Shown piece by piece: positions 38,485 to 46,988 of a DNA stretch of 64,000 bases. The notes beneath the pieces were generated by a model. That model made no database searches and had not been told where the DNA came from. It worked only from the letters and a program-made list of their open reading frames with translations. The stretch is from assembly GCA_038231135.1 (NCBI GenBank), contig JBBRLX010000008.1, positions 64,001 through 128,000 on the forward strand. The letters run 5' to 3'. The first letter of the stretch is position 1. Every line of letters starts with the position of its first letter. A program made the position numbers and the translations under genes. Source of the DNA: Candidatus Eiseniibacteriota bacterium (GTDB lineage: Bacteria; Eisenbacteria; RBG-16-71-46).

Positions 38485-38523
38485 GATGTAAACGATTACA
38501 CAACCGTGTTGTGGGAGCGTCAA
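38485..38523 (-). promoter_or_regulatory. Sigma70-type promoter TTGACG-N17-TGTAAT with LacI-type operator 2 (38487-38500) covering the -10 element
   Basis: Minus strand TTGACG CTCCCACAACACGGTTG TGTAAT CGTTTACA; 17-bp exact match to operator 1. Confidence 0.85.
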
Positions 38524-38772
38524 GACAAACGTGCTGCGGACACACAAGAATCGGAGGAACGTCGGCGGGTCCGTGAGATGCGGGCAGGCTGAACGACAGT
38601 TCGAGTGAACATTGTTCGACAGCGGAGCAATGTAGCGGCGTTCGCACCCTGCGGTACTCGGAACGCTGTCGTCACGGACGCATGGGCCGGGCGACCCAGC
38701 CTCTTTAACACGTTCGCCGTGACGCGGCGGCGATTCATGGTCTCGCCGTGACGCGGTAGCGATCGGCGACGC

Positions 38773-40953
38773 TCAGGCTTCGATGCCGCTCGGTTCCATC
38801 GTGCCGGCCGGGACCTTCTCGCCGGCGCCCACGACCCGCGACACATCCCAGCCGCGCAGGAACAGCGCGCGCACCTCGCTCAGCAGCTTCAGCCGGTTCG
38901 CGCGCACCGCCGCATCCTCGGCGTTGACGAGGACCTGATCGAAGAACGCGTGGATCGCGGGGCCCATGCCGAGCAGCACCGGCAGGATCTCGGCATACGC
39001 GCGGCGCTCCCACAGCGGATCGGTCGCGACGCGCGCACGGTCGAGGCTCGCGGTCAACTCGTGCTCCGCGGGCTCGCGCAACGCGTCGCGGTCCAGCGCC
39101 GGCGGCAGCGGCTCGGTGACGGCCTTGAGGATGTTCCCCACGCGCTTGAACAGGATCGCGAACGGCTCGAATCGCGCGTCGGCGCGGAACGCCGCCAGCA
39201 CTTCGGCACGCTCCCAGGCATCGGCGGGATCGATCCAGCCCGGCCGGGTGCGCGCACCGTCGCCCACCGCCGGCCGGGCCTCGAGCGCCGCGTCGCGCAG
39301 GTCGTAGCTCACGCCGCGCTCGTCCAGCGCCGTCTCGATGCGGCCGCGCCAGAATTCGCCCAGCTTCTTCATGATCTCGGCGTGCGGCAGGTCGTGATCG
39401 GCGGCGAACAGGCTGCGCGTGCTCTCCATGGACGCGGCCTGCATGTCGAGGTGCAGCCGCGGTTCGAGCAGCATGCGGATGACCCCGTTGCCGGCGCGCC
39501 GGACGCCGTAGGGATCCTCGCTGCCGCGCGGCACCTTGCCCGCGACGAACGCGCCCGCGACGTGGTCGAGCTTGTCGGCGATCGACAGCAGCGTGCCCGC
39601 CGGCGTCGACGGCAGCGCGTCGCCCGCCCCCGCCGGCCGGTAATGCTCGGCAATCGCGCGGCACACTGGCTCGGGCTCGCCCGCCTGGCGCGCGTAGTAG
39701 CTGCCGATCACGCCCTGCAGCGCCGCGTATTCCTTGCCGGAACCAATCATCTCGGACGTGAGGTCGGTCTTGCACAGCAGCGCCGCGCGCTCGATGGGCG
39801 CGGCGTCACCGGGCGCCAGCCGCGCCGCAAGCCACACTCCCAGCGACTGCAGGCGCTCCGCCTTGTCGCGCAGCGAGCCGAGCCCCTCCATCCACACGAC
39901 GCCCGCCAGCGACTCGACCTGCTGGTCGAGCGTGCGCTTGAGATCGGTGCGCCAGTAGAACTCGGCATCCTCGAGGCGCGCCGCGAGCACCGCCTCGTTG
40001 CCGCGCCGCACCACGTCGAGACCGCGGTCGTCGCCGTCACGGATCGCGAGGAACCGCGGCAGCAGCCCCGCGGCGCCGTCGCGCCGCGCCACGGCGAAGA
40101 ACCGTTGATGCTCGCGCAGCGCGGATACGATCACCTCGTTCGGCAGCTCCACGAACCGGGCGTCGAACGCGCCCTCGAATACCGTCGGCCACTCGGCGAG
40201 GAATGTGTTGATGTCGACGAGCTCGGGATCGCGCACCACCTCGCCCCCCGCACCCGCCGTGAGTCCCGCGAGCTGGCCCTCGATGCGTTCACGGCGCCGC
40301 ACGGGGTCCGCGAGCACGAATGCCCGTTCCAGGTCCGCGGCGTAGTCGCGCGCGTGGCCGATCGACACCCGGCTCCGCGCCAGGAACCGGTGGCCGAACG
40401 ACTCGCGGCCGGCCTCGATGCCGAACGCGCGCACCGGCAGCACGTCCTGGTCGAGCAGCGCCACCAGCCACCGCACCGGCCGGGCGAATCGCGTGTCGTC
40501 CTCCAGCCAGCGCATCGACTTCGGGAACTGGAGCTTGGTCGCGAGCGTGGCGAGGAACGCGGGCAGCACCTCGGCCGCGGCGCGGCCGGCGTGGTGCACG
40601 CTCACGCCCACGTACTCGCCCTTGGGCGTCGTCACCTTGCGGACCGCCGACGGCTCGACGCCGCGCCCCTGGCAGAACCCGAGCAGCGCCCGCGTCGGCT
40701 GCCCCGCGGCATCGAACGCCGCCTTCCAGTTGGGCCCGGTGACCTCCTCGTCGCGATCCGGCTGGCGCTCCGCGAGCCCGGTCACGGCGAGCGCGAGCCG
40801 CCGCGCGGCGCCGTAGGTGCGCAGCGACTCGAACTCGAGGCGCAGCTCCGCGAGGCCCGTGCGCGCGCCGCGTTCGAGCTGCTCGAGCGCCGGGGCGACA
40901 TAGGTGGGCGGAATCTCCTCCGCGCCGATCTCGAACACCAGCTCGCGGCTCAT
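38773..40953 (-). CDS. glyS: Glycine--tRNA ligase beta subunit
   Basis: [42 protein letters not shown]. Confidence 0.95.
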   Translation of the reverse strand: MSRELVFEIGAEEIPPTYVAPALEQLERGARTGLAELRLEFESLRTYGAARRLALAVTGLAERQPDRDEEVTGPNWKAAFDAAGQPTRALLGFCQGRGVEPSAVRKVTTPKGEYVGVSVHHAGRAAAEVLPAFLATLATKLQFPKSMRWLEDDTRFARPVRWLVALLDQDVLPVRAFGIEAGRESFGHRFLARSRVSIGHARDYAADLERAFVLADPVRRRERIEGQLAGLTAGAGGEVVRDPELVDINTFLAEWPTVFEGAFDARFVELPNEVIVSALREHQRFFAVARRDGAAGLLPRFLAIRDGDDRGLDVVRRGNEAVLAARLEDAEFYWRTDLKRTLDQQVESLAGVVWMEGLGSLRDKAERLQSLGVWLAARLAPGDAAPIERAALLCKTDLTSEMIGSGKEYAALQGVIGSYYARQAGEPEPVCRAIAEHYRPAGAGDALPSTPAGTLLSIADKLDHVAGAFVAGKVPRGSEDPYGVRRAGNGVIRMLLEPRLHLDMQAASMESTRSLFAADHDLPHAEIMKKLGEFWRGRIETALDERGVSYDLRDAALEARPAVGDGARTRPGWIDPADAWERAEVLAAFRADARFEPFAILFKRVGNILKAVTEPLPPALDRDALREPAEHELTASLDRARVATDPLWERRAYAEILPVLLGMGPAIHAFFDQVLVNAEDAAVRANRLKLLSEVRALFLRGWDVSRVVGAGEKVPAGTMEPSGIEA

Positions 40954-41981
40954 GTCCGTGCTCCCGCGGTCGCCGTCGATGCGGAGGCGGCACCCGCCGC
41001 CGCGGCCTCGGCGGCCGCGTCGGCGGCGAGCCGGCGGCTGCGCTGCGTCTCGTCCTTGAGCAACGGATAGCCGAGCGCCCGGCGCTGGCGCACGAACGCA
41101 TCGGCGGCCCTGCGCGCGAGCTTGCGCACGCGGGCGATGTAGCCGACGCGCTCGCTCACCGAGATCGCGCCGCGCGCGTCGAGCACGTTGAACAGGTGGG
41201 AGGTCTTGATCACCGCGTCGTAGCCCGGGTTCACGAGCGGCGGATCCATGCCGAGGAAACGGCTCGCCTCCTGCTCCCAGAATCGGAACATCTCGAAGTG
41301 CCCGGCGACGTCGGCCTCCTCGAAGTTGTAGCGCGAGAACTCGCGCTCGTTCTGCAGCCACAGATCGGCCCAGGTGATCGGCGGCGCCGATTGCGCGGGA
41401 TCGGTCGCGTGCTCGCCGCAGCACCACACCAGGTCGTGCACGCGCTCCTTGGACTGAAGCATCATGCCGATGCGATCGAGCCCGTAGGTCATCTCGGCCG
41501 ACACCACGTCCACCTCGATGCCGCCCGCCTGCTGGAAATAGGTGAACTGGGAGATCTCGGTGCCGTCCATCCACACCTGCCAGCCGAGCCCGGCGGCACC
41601 CAGCGTGGGCGACTCCCAGTCGTCCTCGACCAGCCGCACGTCGTGCTCGCCGAGATCGAACCCGATCGCGCGCAGCGAATCGAGGTACTGGTCCACGACG
41701 TCGGGCGGCGACGGCTTGAGCAGCACCTGGTACTGGTAGAACTGCTGGAACCGCTGCGGGTTCTCGCCATAACGTCCGTCCTTGGGACGCCGCGACGGCT
41801 CGACGTATGCCACGCGCCACGGCTCGGGCCCCAGCGACCTCAGGAATGTCGCCGGATTGAACGTGCCCGCGCCGACTTCGGACGGATACGGCTGCTGGAT
41901 CACACACCCGCGCTCGGACCAGTAGGTCTCGAGCACGAGCATCATCTCCTGCAGCGATCGGCGGGGGTTCAGACCGGACAC
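40950..41981 (-). CDS. glyQ: Glycine--tRNA ligase alpha subunit
   Basis: [46 protein letters not shown] start with SD AAGGAG. Confidence 0.95.
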   Translation of the reverse strand: MSGLNPRRSLQEMMLVLETYWSERGCVIQQPYPSEVGAGTFNPATFLRSLGPEPWRVAYVEPSRRPKDGRYGENPQRFQQFYQYQVLLKPSPPDVVDQYLDSLRAIGFDLGEHDVRLVEDDWESPTLGAAGLGWQVWMDGTEISQFTYFQQAGGIEVDVVSAEMTYGLDRIGMMLQSKERVHDLVWCCGEHATDPAQSAPPITWADLWLQNEREFSRYNFEEADVAGHFEMFRFWEQEASRFLGMDPPLVNPGYDAVIKTSHLFNVLDARGAISVSERVGYIARVRKLARRAADAFVRQRRALGYPLLKDETQRSRRLAADAAAEAAAAGAASASTATAGART

Positions 41982-42760
41982 GGCGGTTTCTCCTTGGCCG
42001 GCAGCGCCGGCAGCGAACGCAGCATCTCGAGCGAGCGCAAACCCTGGAAGCGTTGGAAGTGGTGGCGGAAGAACGCCTCGACCACCCGCTGGATCTCGCC
42101 CGCGCGCTGGATCTCGAGATACGTCCCGGCATCGGCCACGGGCCGCGACAGCAGCAGCGCGAGCCCCGCCAGGGCATCGGCCGACAGTGTGATCGCGCCC
42201 GCCTCGCTCGCGGCGCAACGGTCGCACACCAGTCCGCCGCGCGCCGGCGAGAACAGGCGGCGCGCCGAGATGTCCCGACCGCAGCCCGCGCAGGCATCGA
42301 GGCGCGGACGATACCCCAGAAGGCTCGCGACCTGAAGCTCGAACGCCAGCGTGACGGCGGGCAGCGCCGCGACCGGCGCCCGGCTGGCGGCATCGACGGT
42401 GGCGACCAGCAGATCGAACAGTTCGGGGTGCGGATCCGGCCCCCACACCACGCGGTCGATCAACTCGAGCGCCGCCTGGGCGTGCGCGAGTCGCGTGAGG
42501 TCCGCGAGCCGGCTGCCGATCGGATCGAGCATGTCGGCCTGCGACACCAGGTGCAGATCACGGTCGGTCTTGAAGTAGTAGGTGTAGTGTGCGCGCGACA
42601 GCGGCTCGAGCGCGAATCCGAACCGGCTCGGCGACTTGCGCGCGCCCTTCGCGACCAGCCGCACCAGCCCGCGGTCGCGCGTGAACACCACGACGATGCG
42701 GCTGGTATCGCCGAGCGCGTGGGTCTTGATCACGATGCCTTCGCTGCGGGTGAGCGCCAT
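41969..42760 (-). CDS. recO: DNA repair protein RecO
   Basis: [28 protein letters not shown] fold; CAGC...CDRC zinc motif; directly upstream of glyQ. Confidence 0.93.
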   Translation of the reverse strand: MALTRSEGIVIKTHALGDTSRIVVVFTRDRGLVRLVAKGARKSPSRFGFALEPLSRAHYTYYFKTDRDLHLVSQADMLDPIGSRLADLTRLAHAQAALELIDRVVWGPDPHPELFDLLVATVDAASRAPVAALPAVTLAFELQVASLLGYRPRLDACAGCGRDISARRLFSPARGGLVCDRCAASEAGAITLSADALAGLALLLSRPVADAGTYLEIQRAGEIQRVVEAFFRHHFQRFQGLRSLEMLRSLPALPAKEKPPCPV

Positions 42761-42795
42761 GGAGGCCGCGAGTGTACCGCAGCGCGCCGGGCCCG

Positions 42796-43407
42796 TCAGA
42801 CCGAAGCGGGCACCGGGGTCTCCCGCGGCTGCACGACGCCGCCCGACACGATGACCTTGAGCCCCTCCTCGACCGGCCAGTCGAGGTAGATCACGTCCGC
42901 CTTGGGGATGTAGTGGACGAATCCCGACGCCGGGTTCGGCGTATGCGGCACGAACACCACCTCCATCTCGGTGCCGAACCGCGCGCGCAACTCGGCTCCC
43001 GCGCGCCCGGTGACGAACCCGAGCCGCCACATGCCGGTGTGGGGCCACGGCACCAGCACCACGCGCTTGAACGCCTGCTCCTTCTGGCTGAGCAGCGCCT
43101 CGCCGAGCGACTTGGTGGAGCCGTAGACGATGCCGATCCCCGGAATGCGCGTGAGCAGCCGGTCCCACAGCCGCGCGAGCGGGCCCGCGCCGAGCCAGGT
43201 GGCGAACGAGCCCACGATCACGAGCAGCAGCAGCGTGGCGAGCAGCCCGAGGCCGGGGATGCGGTGGTAGTCGACGAACGAGAACCGCAGGTAGCGGCCG
43301 AGCAGGTTGTCCATCCAGTTCAGCAGCCGGTACAGGATCCAGATGGTGATCACGGACGGGGCCAGCACCAGCAGGCCCGCGAGCAGCCGGGCGCGAATCC
43401 AGTTCAT
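42796..43407 (-). CDS. DUF502 family membrane protein
   Basis: LAGLLVLAP, IPGIGIVY, VFVPHTPNPASG, IVSGG. Confidence 0.9.
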   Translation of the reverse strand: MNWIRARLLAGLLVLAPSVITIWILYRLLNWMDNLLGRYLRFSFVDYHRIPGLGLLATLLLLVIVGSFATWLGAGPLARLWDRLLTRIPGIGIVYGSTKSLGEALLSQKEQAFKRVVLVPWPHTGMWRLGFVTGRAGAELRARFGTEMEVVFVPHTPNPASGFVHYIPKADVIYLDWPVEEGLKVIVSGGVVQPRETPVPASV

Positions 43408-43628
43408 CGTGACTCACCGCCTGGGGTCGTGCGATCGCGCATCATGCCGTCACCTCCACCGTGGGAACGAGGATGGACGCGGCGGACTGTAGCGCGAAGG
43501 GTGGCGAGCGTCACGCGGCGGGCACGGCGTGCGGCGCGTGCACCCGCGACGCGCGGAGCGTTGCGTGGGGCGCGGGGGTGCCCGCACGGCGCGCGAATCG
43601 ATGCGCGCCGCGCGCCGCACCCGTGGAG

Positions 43629-46334
43629 TTACTCGATGCGCACCACGCGCCGCACCGTGGCGCCGGTCGCGGTCTCGAGCCTCGCGAAATAGATCGACGG
43701 CGGCACCCGGCGCCCGGACGCGTCGCGGCCGTCCCACACCAGCAGATGCGACCCCGGCGCGAGCCCGGCGAGGTCCCGCTGCCACACGCGGCGGCCGGCC
43801 GCGGAGAAGATCGCGAGCGATCGCGCCGAGGCGCCGGGCGCCACGCGAACCTCGAACACCTGCGCCTCGCGGGCCGGGTTGGGCCGGACCATTGCGAGGA
43901 TGCTGCCGCGCACCGGCTCCGGAACGCCCGGCACATCGGTGGTCGTGGCGCAGTGCACGACCTCGACCGCGTCGATGTCGGCGCCGGCCATGCCCGGCGC
44001 CGCGGCCTCCGCCGGAGCGAGATCGCTGATGCGGAGGTAGCGGGCCGTCGCCAGACCCGCGGCCGCCAGATCGAAGCCATGCGCTCCGCCGGCGGCATCA
44101 CCCACGAGCGTATACACGGCCCCGTCGGGGCTGCCCTCGACGCGATAGTTCTCGTCGACGTCACCCACCAGCCGGCCGTTCTCCAGCACGTAGAAGTCGA
44201 TGCCCGCGCCATCCGCGACCGGATGATCGAGCCGCAACGTGACGCTGCCGCCAGTGCCCAGCGTGAGCGGGTAGTAGTCGGCCGCGCCGAGCGCGTCGTC
44301 GGGGTAGGGCCACGAGGTGCCCGTGCCCTGCGTGAACGCTGCGACCTGCACCGCGGTCGCGCAGTTCACTTCGGGTGCACCGAATTCGAGGAAGAAGTCG
44401 CCGCCCACCCGCGTCTCGAACGTGAAGCCGTCCGTGGTGACGCCGCCCGTGATGAACATCCGGTCGCGGCGCAGATCGTAGATCGCGGTGCAGCCCTGCC
44501 GCCCCTGCGGAATCGGACCCGACGGCGCCAATTGATTCCAGCCCGACGAGTCGGCGAGCCCGAACGCCCACACCTGCAGCCCGGCGAGGGTCCCAACCGG
44601 GTCGTCGTTGACCGCCAGCACGCGATCACGCGTGGGATCCAGGGCGATCGACAGACCCGGAGCGGGCGAATTCGAGAGGTGGGTCCATGCGGGGGTATCG
44701 CCGAGCGTCATCGCCCATTCGCCGCCGGCGCCCACGACCACCATGCGATCACGAGCGGCATCGTAGACCGCGTTGCACCCGCCGCCGGGCGGCGGCGTGC
44801 CGGTCGGCGACAGCAGCGTCCAGGTGGCGTCGCCGAGCGAGAATCCCCACGTATCCGCGGCGATCCCCGTGTGGGTGATCCCGCCGGTCACGACGAGACG
44901 GTCGCGGATCGGATCGTAGATCACTCCCGCGCGATAGCGCCCGACCGGTGCTCCGCCGACCGGATCGATCCGCTGCCACGCGAACGGGCCACCGATCGGG
45001 AACGACCACACATCGTTGAATACGACGTTCGGGTCATCCAGGTAATGCCCACCGAACACGAGCATGCGATCGCGCGGGGCATCGAGCACCATCCGCTGGT
45101 CCTTGCGGATTCCCGGCGGGTGGCCGGCGAACGTCACGTAGTTCCAGGCAGCAACGCCCGACATGTCGAAGTCCCAGACGTGCAGGTTCTGATCGGCGCG
45201 GTCCCACATCAGCATCAGGCCGCGCACCGGATCGTAGCAGCCCGCGCCGCCGTACATGGGCGACGACGTGTAGCCCGGACGGGGGATGGGGAATGGAATC
45301 CACCGCAAGGGCTGGGACAGGGGCAGCAACCACGTCGTCGTGCCGTCTCCGCCGCCGTATCCGATCGCGGTGTCGGATTGGGGGTCGTAGACCATCGAGG
45401 TCGTCAGCACCCCACCGCCGACCGGAATCGTGCTCCACGTGTCCGAAGCGAGATCGAACGCGCGCGTCTGCTCTTCGATCGACATCATTCGATCGCGGGT
45501 CGAATCCAGCGCCACCGGAGTGGTGGTCGCGACGTTGGTGCCCGCGGAGTCGAGCATCGTCCACGATGAACTGGCGAAGTCGAGTGCCCAGGTTTCGATG
45601 GAGACACCCGCGCCTTTGATGCCGCCGTATACGACCATCCGGTCGCGCGCCGCGTCGTAAACGGCCCCCTGACCGGACCCGGCAGGCGGCGACCCTCCCA
45701 CTGGAAGGATCTTCGACCACGTGGGAGGTCCGGAGAAGTTCAGCGACCAGACCTCGGCGCTCAGCGTTCCCGCACGGCCTCCAAACACCACCATGCGATC
45801 CCGGGCGGAGTCGTAGATGGCACAGTGACCCGAACGCTTCGACGGCAGCGTGCCCGCCGGCGTGATCTCGCTCCATGCCGGAGTGCCCGCGAGGGACAGC
45901 GCCCAGACGTCGTTGAAGGATCCGGCCGCGCCGATGCCACCGAAGATCACGACCCGATCCCGCGACGCATCGTAGATCGCACTGTGCTTGTTGCGCGCGG
46001 CAGGAGGAGTTCCGCCCGGCGCGATCTGCTGCCATGAGGGGTGATGCGCGGGCGTCAGCGCCCACACGTCCGCGTAGAACGTCATCCCGTTGCTGCCGCC
46101 CTGGACCAGCATGAAATCGTGACCGGGGCACCACACCGCCCCTTCAAAGCTTCGCGCCGGCGGAAGGATCGGCAGCGGAACGGTCGGTGGAGTACTGGAG
46201 ACTCTCCAGACGCCGTTCGCATCCTGAATCATCGGCGCGGGGTTGCCGGCGTTCGCCACGCGGGTGACAGCACCGAGCGAACCACAAACGAGGACAAGCG
46301 ACAGCCATGCTGCGATCGCGGGGCGTGCGATCAT
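43629..46334 (-). CDS. Secreted Kelch-like repeat protein with a beta-sandwich domain and FlgD-Ig/T9SS-like CTD
   Basis: Repeated YD..RDRMVVFGG..DVW units; LTLGTGGSVTL..DGAGIDFYVLEN domain; CTD RPNPAR..WDGRDASGRRVPPSIYFARL. Confidence 0.85.
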   Translation of the reverse strand: MIARPAIAAWLSLVLVCGSLGAVTRVANAGNPAPMIQDANGVWRVSSTPPTVPLPILPPARSFEGAVWCPGHDFMLVQGGSNGMTFYADVWALTPAHHPSWQQIAPGGTPPAARNKHSAIYDASRDRVVIFGGIGAAGSFNDVWALSLAGTPAWSEITPAGTLPSKRSGHCAIYDSARDRMVVFGGRAGTLSAEVWSLNFSGPPTWSKILPVGGSPPAGSGQGAVYDAARDRMVVYGGIKGAGVSIETWALDFASSSWTMLDSAGTNVATTTPVALDSTRDRMMSIEEQTRAFDLASDTWSTIPVGGGVLTTSMVYDPQSDTAIGYGGGDGTTTWLLPLSQPLRWIPFPIPRPGYTSSPMYGGAGCYDPVRGLMLMWDRADQNLHVWDFDMSGVAAWNYVTFAGHPPGIRKDQRMVLDAPRDRMLVFGGHYLDDPNVVFNDVWSFPIGGPFAWQRIDPVGGAPVGRYRAGVIYDPIRDRLVVTGGITHTGIAADTWGFSLGDATWTLLSPTGTPPPGGGCNAVYDAARDRMVVVGAGGEWAMTLGDTPAWTHLSNSPAPGLSIALDPTRDRVLAVNDDPVGTLAGLQVWAFGLADSSGWNQLAPSGPIPQGRQGCTAIYDLRRDRMFITGGVTTDGFTFETRVGGDFFLEFGAPEVNCATAVQVAAFTQGTGTSWPYPDDALGAADYYPLTLGTGGSVTLRLDHPVADGAGIDFYVLENGRLVGDVDENYRVEGSPDGAVYTLVGDAAGGAHGFDLAAAGLATARYLRISDLAPAEAAAPGMAGADIDAVEVVHCATTTDVPGVPEPVRGSILAMVRPNPAREAQVFEVRVAPGASARSLAIFSAAGRRVWQRDLAGLAPGSHLLVWDGRDASGRRVPPSIYFARLETATGATVRRVVRIE

Positions 46335-46408
46335 GGGACGGCCTTTCAGGGGAAGGTATCCGGAGATTTTACACCTGTTTGCGAACCGGCGCAGCGAAAT
46401 TTTGGTAG

Positions 46409-46963
46409 TCACGGCGAGCCAGGATCGATGGCTCGCACCGCCGCGCCGCACGCCCGCAGCACCGCGTCCTCCCGCGCCCGCATGTCCCGGCGCTGGGCGG
46501 CGCGCTGGTGGTCCCGGCCGGCAAGGTGCAGCACGCCGTGGATCACGAGCCGCGCCAGCTCCGCGCCCTCGGTGACGCCAAAGCGCCTGGCCTGTTCACG
46601 CACCCGGTCAAGGGAGATCACCAGGTCGCCGTTCACCGCGGCGGGGGCCGGCGCTGTCACGCTCGCGCGTCGCGTCCGCGCTCCGATACCGCGACGCCGG
46701 GCGCCTGTATCCGCGTCCAGCGCGCGTCCCGTATACCGCGGGCGTACCGTCTCTCCCGGGCCCTGCTCGTCGTAGGCGAAGCTGATCACGTCGGTCGCGC
46801 GGTCGATGCCGCGCCATTCGCGATTGAGCACCCGCAGCGCCGCGTCGTCGGTGAGCACGATCGAGATCTCGCCGGGCGTCGAGCCCTCGGCCGCGAGCGT
46901 GGCGCGAACGATGGAACGCAACGGGCCCGAGAGCCGGCCCAAGCCGCGGGCACCCGATACCAC
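46409..46963 (-). CDS. ybeY: rRNA maturation RNase YbeY
   Basis: LNREWRGIDRATDVISF, GDLVIS, HGVLHLAGRDH; start uncertain. Confidence 0.9.
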   Translation of the reverse strand: MVSGARGLGRLSGPLRSIVRATLAAEGSTPGEISIVLTDDAALRVLNREWRGIDRATDVISFAYDEQGPGETVRPRYTGRALDADTGARRRGIGARTRRASVTAPAPAAVNGDLVISLDRVREQARRFGVTEGAELARLVIHGVLHLAGRDHQRAAQRRDMRAREDAVLRACGAAVRAIDPGSP

Positions 46964-46988
46964 GACGGGCGTCAGGACGCCGCCCGCG

